The notes under the pieces were generated by a model. The model did not search any database and had not been told where the DNA came from. It saw only the letters and a program-made list of their open reading frames with translations. A program made the translations under genes and the position numbers. A stretch of DNA of 64,000 bases, from assembly GCA_964016885.1 (NCBI GenBank), contig OZ024741.1:44764001-44828000 (forward strand), given 5' to 3'. Positions 53,954-64,000 of this stretch are shown piece by piece (positions within the stretch are counted from its first letter, which is position 1; each line of letters opens with the position of its first letter). The DNA is from Eledone cirrhosa (Eukaryota).

Positions 53954-56900
53954 TAGAAGGGAAGAAGACGCACGAGGTGACGGAGGTCATGAAATCGCTC
54001 CCGTAAGTTTTGAATTTTTAACATATTTAAATCATTTGTGAAATAACAACTCTTAGTACAAATGCTACGTAAAGCACCCGGCTTGAGCCCAAAAAAAATT
54101 CGGACCCAAAATATATTGTTATAAGGCTCAAATATTCAAATATTCAACTTTGTATTGTACACTGTATATCCCCCCCAAAAAAAAATGGCTATAAATGGAA
54201 GAAGAAGAACCCCCCCCCCTCCTCTCCTCTGGCTACACTATATAGGACAGCTAAACTCACCAACACCAGAAACTAGATACACCACCCACCCCATCATCTG
54301 TGTACACTAAACACAACAGCATTTTCACCTTCACCGCCACCGCTCACTACGGCCATCATTACCACCACTATCCCATCACCGCCGCCACCACCCCTTGACT
54401 CCTTCACTGCTGCTGCCACCGCTACAGCACCATCACTACAGTAATACGGTCGCATCACCGCCACCACTGCCTCGGTATCGACATCACCACCACCACTGTC
54501 TCAGTATCGCCAACGCCGCTAGTCTCTGCTGGCTGCCACTTCCACATTATAGAATTCCTACTACTAACAAAGAGGAAGGCATCAAAATATATAGATAGAC
54601 TCAAAAGAAAAAAGAAAAAACAAACAACAAAACCAAAGCAGCACAGCAACAACAGCAAAAAACGAGAAAAACAAACAGAGAAAAACAAAAACAAAAAAAG
54701 AAACCCCAAAAACGTAAAGAAAATAAGAATGAAGAGAGAAGCAGGCGGACGGACAGAGAAGAGGGGGTAAAAAGTAAAACTTAAAAAACAAAAACTAAGT
54801 CAGACATTCGAATACTACATTACAATGAAACTTATGCTTATTCATTTTTGGGGCCCTTTCTGCCCGTGTGTTTGTTTGTTTATGTGTGTTCGTATACAGC
54901 GTGGTGATAATGCCACACAAGGGCCAAGTGGGATGGCGGATCCACAGATGGCTATGTAAACATACATTCGCCAATCCTCGATAAGAGTGTTTAAATATCG
55001 AACATAAACAGTTCGAATAACGGTGAAATGGAGACTAGAACGTCATGTGACAGACTCTCACCCAACAGGTGCTCCCTGGCTCAGCAGCAGGAACCTGACT
55101 GTCAACCAAATACTGCTGATGTTGGAGGAAGAAGAAGAAGGAAAGGGGCCAGAACCAACTGGACGAAAGAATTGAATAGAACTGTTATGCAATGCTACCT
55201 GAAAAGTAACCCCAAGGAGAGGGGCTACAGGAGACGGATGCATAACATCTGGAACGAGATTGGTTTATTTAAATTAGATGAAGAAAAATTGGCCGCGCAG
55301 GCTCGGGTAATAAGAACTAATGGGTGGATAAGCGAGCTGGAACTGGAGGAACTGAGCAGAGAGAATGGCTTGGAGATGGCGGGTGTAGTATGCCAGACAA
55401 GCGAGCCGGCGGGAAATGAAGGTGAGGAGGTCCTGAGAACGGAGGAACCACCCGAAGCAGACAATGATCTGAATACTGAGATAAATAATACCTGGAACAG
55501 AGATACGGCCACTGAGGAGATGAATGCTGACGGGCTAGGACAAGATTCGGTTGACATCCTAAATTTAGTGGTAGATGAGTTGAACGATGATAGTGGGAGA
55601 CCTATGAACCTAAGATTTGTAGACAGGAAAAAGTTAAAAGAAACAACAGCTAAGGTAAACAAAGTCATCCCATACCTTGAGGCGAGGAGTCTTCACCAGT
55701 GCAACAATATCCTCAAAGCAACAGCAAATACGGTGAGGAAACTACTTGGTATAAAAGCGAGAGGGAACAACAGACAAGAAAGAGCAGAGCCGTGGTGGAA
55801 GAAGCGACTGAGTGGGCAAATCGGGGAAATGAGAAATGACATAGGAAAGCTTGAGTCACTACTGAATGGGACACTAAAAAACATAGGCACTAAAAATAGA
55901 CTGGAAATAAAATACAAAACTAGGAGTAAAAAGCTAAATATTATCATAGAGGAATTGAAGCAACGTATTGTAGCAAAGAGTGCCAAAATCAGGCGATACG
56001 AGAACAGAGTCAGTCAGTATAAACAGAACCGCATGTTCGACAACAACCAGAAGATGCTGTTTGGACAGCTTGAGGGGAAAGAAAGAGGCAACGACTTGAT
56101 CCCTGGGGCGGAACAAGCTAAAACATTCTGGAGAGGAATATGGGAGCAGGATGTTAGACACAATGCCCAGGCAGGGTGGATTGAGACAGTACAGAGGGAG
56201 ATCGGTGAGCAGGCACAGCAACAGACTGATTTGAGTATCACAGTTGAAACTCTTAAGGGGCAAGCCAAAAAACTAACCAACTGGAAATCACCAGGCCCAG
56301 ATGGTGTGCAGGGGTATTGGATTAAACATTTAACATCCCTCCACCCAAAGCTGACGGCCATGTTCAACGACTGCTTGGTGTCGGGTGAGGTGCCAGAGTG
56401 GTTGACAAAAGGTACCACAGGTCTGATAATGAAAGACCGAATCAAGGGTAATGATGTTACCAACTATAGACCTATCACATGTCTGCCCGTAATGTGGAAA
56501 CTGTTGACGAGCATTGTGTCTGAGGAAATCTACCATCACCTCCACACAAACAACTTGTTACCGGACGAACAGAAAGGATGCCGAAAGAAGTCACGTGGTA
56601 CAAAGGACCAGTTGCTTGTTGATAAGATGGTAATGGGGAATTGCAGGAGGAGACACACTGATCTTGCCATGGGATGGATAGACTACAGAAAGGCATTTGA
56701 CATGGTGCCTCATTCCTGGATCACCAAAAGCCTGGAGATCTTCAGGGTGGCAGATAACATCAGACAGTTGCTGGGCAGGAGTATGGGGTCCTGGGAGACA
56801 GAGTTGACATCAACTGGAGTATCCTTGGGAAGCGTGACGACCAAGAGAGGTATCTTCCAGGGAGATAGCCTGTCCCCTCTGTTGTTTGTCCTTGCCCTGA

Positions 56901-58535
56901 TGCCCTTGACCATTATGCTGCGAAAAGTGAGAGCAGGATACAAGGTGGGAAGGGGAGAGCTTACCATCAATCACCTCCTCTTCATGGACGATCTTAAGCT
57001 CTTCGGGAAAAGTGAGAAGGAGTTGGATGTGCTTGTTGACACTGTCCGTATTTTCAGCAGTGATATATGTATGCAGTTTGGTATTGGTAAATGTGGAGTC
57101 ATTGTGATGAAGAGGGGTAGGTTGAGCAGAAGTAACGGGATCCAGATACCAACAGGTGAGATGATAAAGGAAATTGACTCTGAGGAAGGATACAAGTATT
57201 TGGGCGTTCTGGAGGCTGATGGCATAAAGAACAAAAAAATGAAGGAATTGTTAAGAACTGAATACATTCGGAGAGTAAGGAGCGTATTGAAGTCACATCT
57301 GAACAGCAGAAATGCCATAAGCGCAGTAAATTCCCGAGCTGTGTCTATTATTAGGTACAGTGCGGGAATTCTGAGATGGAATGTTGCTGAACAAAAAGAA
57401 ATGTATAGGAAGACTAGGAAGCTATTGACTATCTACAACATGTTCCACAAGAGGAGTGATGTCGATAGACTCTACCTAAGGAGATCTGAGGGTGGAAGAG
57501 GTCTTATCAGCATAGAGGACTGTGTTCAGATGGAGAAAAACAACCTATACAAATACGTGACCTATAGTAAGGAGCCAATGCTCAGAGCTGTACTGAAGGA
57601 GGGGACAGTAGGCCAGGGGATATCCAAGGAGGAAATAACATCAAGGAGGAAGAGCAGCCTTAAGGGAAAATCCCTTCATAGTACCTTCTTTGAGAAAACT
57701 GAATTTAGAGATCCACAGACATGGAACTGGTTGAGAAGAGGAGACCTCAAAAAGGCTACAGAAGGAATGCTAATGGCTGCGCAGGAGCAGGCCCTCAAAA
57801 CGAAGTGGTTGAAGCACCATATCTACAAGGAGGAGGCTAGCCCACTGTGCAGGATCTGTGGAGAGAGAGAGGAGATTGTGGCTCACATTGTGTCCGAGTG
57901 TAAACACCTAGCCCAGACCCACTATAAGGGCTGGAGACACGATGTGATGGGCAGGGTGATCCACTGGCACCTGTGCAAAGTAAACAATCTACCACATTCT
58001 GAGAAATGGTATGAGCATAGGCCAGAGGCGGTGATGGAGAACAGTCAGGTGAAGGTGCTGTGGGATTTTAGGATACAGACGGACAAAAAACTGGAACACA
58101 ATAGACCTGACCTGGTGGTTGTGGACAAAGAAAAAAGATCGTGCCTGATTGTGGATGTGGCCTGCCCGTTCGACACGAGAGTGCAAGAGAAGGAGAGGGA
58201 GAAAATTAACCGATACCAGGACCTAAAGTGGGAGGTGAAAAGGATTTGGAACTGCCATAAAGTCAAAGTGATCCCGATTGTCATAGGCGCACTGGGGACT
58301 ATCTCCAAAGGTTTCCAGGGATGGTTAAAGAAAATCGGCCCCTTCACGCTTTTTGGAACGCTTCAAAAGGCATGCTTGCTTGGGACAGCAAGAACCCTCC
58401 GATACGTCCTGAATATCTGTGGCTGCAGGTAGTGGCTTGATATTCAATCCAACGGACTTTCCAGTTAACCAACATCAATGACTGAGATTCAAGGAATAAC
58501 AATAACAATAATAATAATAATAATAATAATAACAA
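53952..58535 (+). mobile_element. R4/Dong-clade non-LTR retrotransposon, copy 2, apparently full length
   Basis: ~1.07-kb leader, a single ORF, a short 3' UTR and an (AATAAC)/(TAA)n tail. Confidence 0.95.
55028..58432 (+). CDS. Intact 1134-aa reverse transcriptase / CCHC / restriction-like endonuclease protein (R4/Dong clade)
   Basis: WKSPGPDG, NYRPITCL, IDYRKAFD, GIFQGDSLSP, LFMDD, CRIC....E..AHIVSEC, NRPDLVVVD....LIVDVACP...EKINRY. Confidence 0.95.
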   Translation: METRTSCDRLSPNRCSLAQQQEPDCQPNTADVGGRRRRKGARTNWTKELNRTVMQCYLKSNPKERGYRRRMHNIWNEIGLFKLDEEKLAAQARVIRTNGWISELELEELSRENGLEMAGVVCQTSEPAGNEGEEVLRTEEPPEADNDLNTEINNTWNRDTATEEMNADGLGQDSVDILNLVVDELNDDSGRPMNLRFVDRKKLKETTAKVNKVIPYLEARSLHQCNNILKATANTVRKLLGIKARGNNRQERAEPWWKKRLSGQIGEMRNDIGKLESLLNGTLKNIGTKNRLEIKYKTRSKKLNIIIEELKQRIVAKSAKIRRYENRVSQYKQNRMFDNNQKMLFGQLEGKERGNDLIPGAEQAKTFWRGIWEQDVRHNAQAGWIETVQREIGEQAQQQTDLSITVETLKGQAKKLTNWKSPGPDGVQGYWIKHLTSLHPKLTAMFNDCLVSGEVPEWLTKGTTGLIMKDRIKGNDVTNYRPITCLPVMWKLLTSIVSEEIYHHLHTNNLLPDEQKGCRKKSRGTKDQLLVDKMVMGNCRRRHTDLAMGWIDYRKAFDMVPHSWITKSLEIFRVADNIRQLLGRSMGSWETELTSTGVSLGSVTTKRGIFQGDSLSPLLFVLALMPLTIMLRKVRAGYKVGRGELTINHLLFMDDLKLFGKSEKELDVLVDTVRIFSSDICMQFGIGKCGVIVMKRGRLSRSNGIQIPTGEMIKEIDSEEGYKYLGVLEADGIKNKKMKELLRTEYIRRVRSVLKSHLNSRNAISAVNSRAVSIIRYSAGILRWNVAEQKEMYRKTRKLLTIYNMFHKRSDVDRLYLRRSEGGRGLISIEDCVQMEKNNLYKYVTYSKEPMLRAVLKEGTVGQGISKEEITSRRKSSLKGKSLHSTFFEKTEFRDPQTWNWLRRGDLKKATEGMLMAAQEQALKTKWLKHHIYKEEASPLCRICGEREEIVAHIVSECKHLAQTHYKGWRHDVMGRVIHWHLCKVNNLPHSEKWYEHRPEAVMENSQVKVLWDFRIQTDKKLEHNRPDLVVVDKEKRSCLIVDVACPFDTRVQEKEREKINRYQDLKWEVKRIWNCHKVKVIPIVIGALGTISKGFQGWLKKIGPFTLFGTLQKACLLGTARTLRYVLNICGCR

Positions 58536-59147
58536 TCAATTAATAGTTGTTCACTGATATACTACTCTTTCGTCTCGTCCATGTCAATTCAACAAATCAT
58601 ATACGGCAATATCCGCTTCTTTAATATTCGTCACGTTTACAGTGTCATGTTTCTGCCATTAAAACAATATCATTCGCTCTCTTAGTCTGTCTCTGGTTTT
58701 CTTAATGTAATATGAAATATGTGTCAAAGTTTCATTGTCTTACATTTTACAAAGATAGAAACAATCTTTACAAATTGGGGTTTTATGATAACACACGATG
58801 AAATCATATCACCAATATATGTATAAATACAACAATATAGGGAAAGGAGTAAAACTGCTCCTTAGGCGGTGTACTTCTATAGTAATACACTGATGAGAAA
58901 ATGGACAAATATTCATGGTCACAATAGATTAAAGTATGTATAATAAATTCGGAAATACATCGTACGATTCTAGCTGCATTATGGCGCATACCTAATGATA
59001 AAACCCAATAAATTCTATTATTAAACATTGCCTAAGGCAATACTAGAATATGCAATATTCTACATATGAAAATCATCGACAACCTCATTTATAGCTGTCC
59101 AATCGACGCTAAGATAGAATAGATAAATAGACGTGTCATAGGCATTA

Positions 59148-59265
<118 letters not shown>

Positions 59266-59436
59266 TCCCCTGAAATTTATAAATATAAGCCTCCTTATAT
59301 GAGAAAGGTATATCAAGAAATAACTGGCTTATATCTAAGAAAGATATATATATTTAGAAACAATTACTACTTCAATTTTAGGTCATTCTATCATTAAGGT
59401 CAGTCACACCGACAGCTACTATTATTACTACTAATA

Positions 59437-59543
59437 ATAATTGTTTCTACTATTGACACAAGGCCGGCAATTAACCAGTGCATTACTGGTACATTATTTT
59501 ATCGACCCCGTAAGGTGAAAGGCAAAGTTAAGCTCGGCGGGAT
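59437..59543 (-). mobile_element. SINE 3' half
   Basis: Matches 4764-4870. Confidence 0.8.
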
Positions 59544-59724
59544 TAATAATAGTATTATTACCACCCCTACTCCGTCTTCTCATTCTGCTTCTCCCCCTCC
59601 TCCTTCGTCTTTTCCTTCCTCCTTTACTATACTCTCATTATTACTACCACACCTTCTTCTTCTTCTTCTTCTTCTTCTTCTTCTTCTTCTTCTTCTTCTT
59701 CTTCTTCTTCTTTTTCTTCTTCTT

Positions 59725-59759
<35 letters not shown>

Positions 59760-59995
59760 GCTGCTATTGATGCTGAGGTTGTTGCCATAGAAGTCAACCG
59801 CCAGTCAGACAGTAACAGGGGATAAGCCAACTTCTATTTTAACTGCTACTACCACCAAACCACCAAGGAGGAAAGAGAGAGAGAAGGAGAGAAACGAAAT
59901 TGTGAATTTATATATATATGTAAACTATGTACTCTAATATCCTCTTCTAATTAATATACAGCATAATTTTATTAAATACGTTTTATCACATTTCC

Positions 59996-60043
59996 TGTAG
60001 CATGAAGAAGTCGAAATATTTATCGGCTGAAACCGGTACTATA
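59996..60043 (+). ncRNA. Minimal hammerhead-like motif with variant core, within a (TA)/(CA)-bounded fragment 59920-60181
   Basis: tgtag/ctata stem I; CATGAAGA; agtcga/tcggct stem II; GAAA-CCG-GTA with the palindrome accggt. Confidence 0.55.
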
Positions 60044-60181
60044 AATTATTTGTTAAAAACGTTTTGCTATGAGAAAATCCTATTAGCATTTCCTACTTTT
60101 TTCTAAATTTCCTAATATATATATATGATATTGTGTATAATCTACTATGTATTGAGTACCTTACTTACTGTTGTTACCCGA

Positions 60182-60341
<160 letters not shown>

Positions 60342-60355
60342 CACACACACACAGG

Positions 60356-60393
<38 letters not shown>

Positions 60394-60524
60394 GATAAAT
60401 CTACCAAAAGTTTACGGTAGTGTCCAATCCGTATGAAGAACTCAATGTAATCCGGACATCATGAAAAGAAGAGATACATTCAAAAATCACTTTGGGTGAA
60501 AGATAAACGGAATATAGAGTCAAG

Positions 60525-60623
60525 ATAAATTATTAAAAAAATAATGAATAAACAAAGAAACAGTTCCTTATATAATATAAGGAACTGTTTCTTTGTTTAT
60601 TCATTATTTTTTTAATAATTTAT
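60525..60623. repeat. Perfect 49-bp-arm palindrome with 1-nt spacer
   Basis: ataaattatt...gttccttatat-a-atataaggaac...aataatttat; one arm also occurs alone at 26748-26800. Confidence 0.9.
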
Positions 60624-60945
60624 ATATATATATATATATATATAACATTTATATATATACAGCCTGATACACAGCGTGATCTCAAAAGCTACAAAACAGA
60701 AAATCTATTTAGAACATGATATTAGAGATTGATATAAATGTTTGGTATGTGAGATTTTATGACGTCGAGAAAGGTAAAATTTTTCTACATAGCCATAATC
60801 AGAATTCAATATTTGAGGGTAAATAAATGAACACATGATTATATGAGTCATAAATGTTATGTGTTCGTATGTACGGGAATTGCGGGTTTTTAATATACGT
60901 ATAATATAATATTTTGTTTTTATATTTAGCGTTTTTATTAATCTT

Positions 60946-60984
<39 letters not shown>

Positions 60985-62020
60985 AATTCGGGAGGTTTTT
61001 TGCTAGCATGTGTAGTGTGTATATTTATATTATACGCAATTATATATGCAAGTAGATATAATACATCAAATAAAATCGTAATTGACAATATACACAGAAA
61101 TTGAACGAAGACTGTTACACTCTCTTATGTAATCAGTAACATATTCCATGATACATTAAAAAAAGACGATATTATATATAAACTCCATTAGGAGAAAATT
61201 AGTGACAGAAATATATGAATATTTATTTAAACGATCACTAACCGGAAGTGTTGGCATTTGGAAAATCTTAAAGAAGTGAATCTTTAAATAAGTAATAAAA
61301 TATATTTAATGAACAGCCACGAAATTTAGTAGATAAATGATGTAATATTCATTCATTATTTATTCAAAGTAATCCAACTTATTTTACTAAGGGAATGAAA
61401 CATTATAAACCGTACGAAGTCCCGCGCTTCTTACTTAATTATAGTTTAGATTTAATAGAAACATAGAATAACATTAATTAAGAAAGAATAGAATGTAAAA
61501 TAGGAGAATATAAAAAAGACGGAATTATCTATATGAATTAATATTACGGTTGTGATGAAGATCTATATTTTGAAAAAGATGAACAGTAATGATTAACTTG
61601 AAATGGTGTTGAGGAAAATAATATTAACTTACATAGTATGCCATAACTTGAGTAATAATAAAATGTATGTTCCAGGTAAAAACTAAAACTGCACAAGATT
61701 AGATGTATTTCAGATAATTGATTAAAAATTAGGGTTTAAATATATTTGAAGGTGTTATAAATGTGGTACAACTGTTTGGAACTGAAGCGAATTAAACTAA
61801 ATTTACGAAATGTAGTAAAATATTATTTTAAACTTAAAATTATATATAAAAACAACAAATTACGGTTCAAAATGTAGGAACACACACACACACACACACA
61901 CACAGAGACACATACCCCCCACACACACAAACTCACACAACACACAAACACACACACACACACATATAAATACACACATATATATATATACATATATATT
62001 TTTTTTTTTACATACTTTCT

Positions 62021-62061
<41 letters not shown>

Positions 62062-62063
<2 letters not shown>

Positions 62064-62185
62064 CAGAAAGTATGACCCCGGCAGCAGAGCTCAAACTGTT
62101 TCGAAGGCTATTTTTGGACTAAAAATAGTCTAGAAATAGCCGTCGAAACGGCTTGAGCTCTGCCGTCGCTGTCACACGTTCTCCT
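62062..62185. repeat. Imperfect hairpin (~60-bp arms) of the Naiad-type PLE terminus
   Basis: The left arm matches 12122-12184; the right arm is its diverged reverse complement; (TA)n flank. Confidence 0.75.
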
Positions 62186-62264
62186 ATTACCCACTCAACT
62201 ACCCTAAGTATTGAGTACTCTGGTGTGTTATGGTCCATCTGGTTCCTTACCACACTTCCTTCGT

Positions 62265-62293
<29 letters not shown>

Positions 62294-62297
<4 letters not shown>

Positions 62298-62765
62298 TGT
62301 TATACTTTGGGAGGGTCATGTTGCCAATAAGAAACACACGCACCATTGCTTTCACTTCAATTTATTATAATAAATTTATAAATTTAGGAATTTATAAATT
62401 TCCGGTTGATTAGTTGGTTCCACAACCAGATGGTTGTTTATATATTGTCAAGAGAAACAAGATGGCGTAGGACAGAACAAAGGAGAGGCACAAAAACAAT
62501 GAAAAGAATCCCCAGTCACTGAAGAGGTCACATAATGTGTGACGAATGAACTTTGACAATATATAAACAACCATCTGGTTGTGGAACCAACCAACCAACC
62601 GGAAATTTATAAATTCCTAAATTTATAAATTTATCATAATAAATTGAAGTGAAAGCAACTGGTGCGTGTGTTTCTTATTTGCAACATGACCCTCCCAAAG
62701 TATAACAATATCGGTTTCAACGCACGTTTTCAGATAAAGAATCTTACTAAATAAATTCAGAAACG

Positions 62766-62768
<3 letters not shown>
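62294..62768 (+). mobile_element. ORF-less element with 158-bp inverted arms (62294-62451 / 62553-62711) and a hammerhead in the loop
   Basis: Arms are near-identical; the loop holds gtca-CTGAAGA-g-gtcacat-aat-gtgtgac-GAAt-gaa-CTT-tgac; (TA)n on both sides. Confidence 0.85.
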
Positions 62769-62853
<85 letters not shown>

Positions 62854-62857
62854 GATT

Positions 62858-63030
62858 AAGTTTGGTGGTTCACCACTGGATAGAATTGGTTTTTCCTCTA
62901 AGTAAATCATGATGTAATATTATGAAAGCACTCGACGTTATGCAACTCATCCATCTTGATGGTGGTACGGGAACGGAGTTGAATTATATTATACGGTAAA
63001 ATGACAGGAGGCCGGACATTTTGAATTCCT
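62858..63030 (-). mobile_element. Inverted copy of the 8450-8630 tail
   Basis: ggttcaccactggataga is the reverse complement of tctatccagtggtgaacc, and the flanks align. Confidence 0.65.
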
Positions 63031-63463
63031 TTAGTTAGTTTTCCTTTCTTCAACTCATTTCCTGTACACATCCCAGTTGATCAGTTATATTTAAATAAAA
63101 ATGCACAAATCCTCATCTATGTGATCTTTAGGTAGATTTTTGACTGTTGTTCTTTTACCTGCTCCCAATCCCCACTCACCCTATCTAGAACCCAGTAAAA
63201 AGTCTTTACAAAAGCAACACATCTGTCAGCAGTCTTGATGTGGATCACGCACGTAATCTCGTATCTCAGGAGCAGTCGAAGAAGAGTCGGGCTTCATTGC
63301 CTTGAACATACCCGGGCTGATCGATATTGATAAAAAATTGAAATATGCAAATAAAGTTTCTATACAAACCGCACATCTGACTTCAATTATTTCTAACTAT
63401 ACACACACAGACACACACACAGATACACATTCACACACACACACACACACGCAGATATATATA

Positions 63464-63519
<56 letters not shown>

Positions 63520-63658
63520 CTTAATATGTGAAACAAAAGAAAACAAACACAGGTATCCAAAAAATACAGTTAGGTTCACGCGTGGGGGAAGTTGCGAGTG
63601 TTTACACTTTTCAGGCAGAAGTCTTATATCAGGAAAATATATATATAAAAAAAAATAA

Positions 63659-64000
<342 letters not shown>

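Noticed and set aside
58890-58925. CTGATGAG followed by a small hairpin
   Set aside because: No GAAA/NUH closing a stem II; chance match.

Overview
AT-rich, microsatellite-dense metazoan DNA, most likely an octopus/cephalopod (inferred from the SINE types and the (TA)n/(CA)n/(GATA)n density). No host gene can be firmly identified; there are only weak minus-strand exon candidates near 30-31 kb. The window is mostly retroelements, each sitting in a characteristic microsatellite. (1) A ~15.5-kb array of R4/Dong-clade non-LTR elements, including one intact 1134-aa ORF, plus an antiparallel Tx1/L1-clade element, fills one (TAA)n tract (43.0-58.5 kb). (2) Tx1-clade elements lie in (GATA)n (33.3-39.8 kb). 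(3) An internally deleted Ingi-like LINE has a 5' HDV-like ribozyme fold, a 2A StopGo motif, a PHD finger and RNase H (18.1-19.8 kb). (4) There are remnants of CR1-like, CRE-like and Penelope-like (Neptune-type, Naiad-type) elements, a Helitron, a piggyBac MITE, Tc1/mariner and SINEs. The most striking signal is non-coding: about 15 hammerhead-ribozyme-like motifs, a few near-canonical and most degenerate, in short ORF-less elements inserted at (TA)n. Several share an inverted-arm + direct-repeat layout with 250-520-bp units, i.e. Penelope-dependent, retrozyme-like mini-elements. All folds and alignments were done by eye and need computational and biochemical confirmation.
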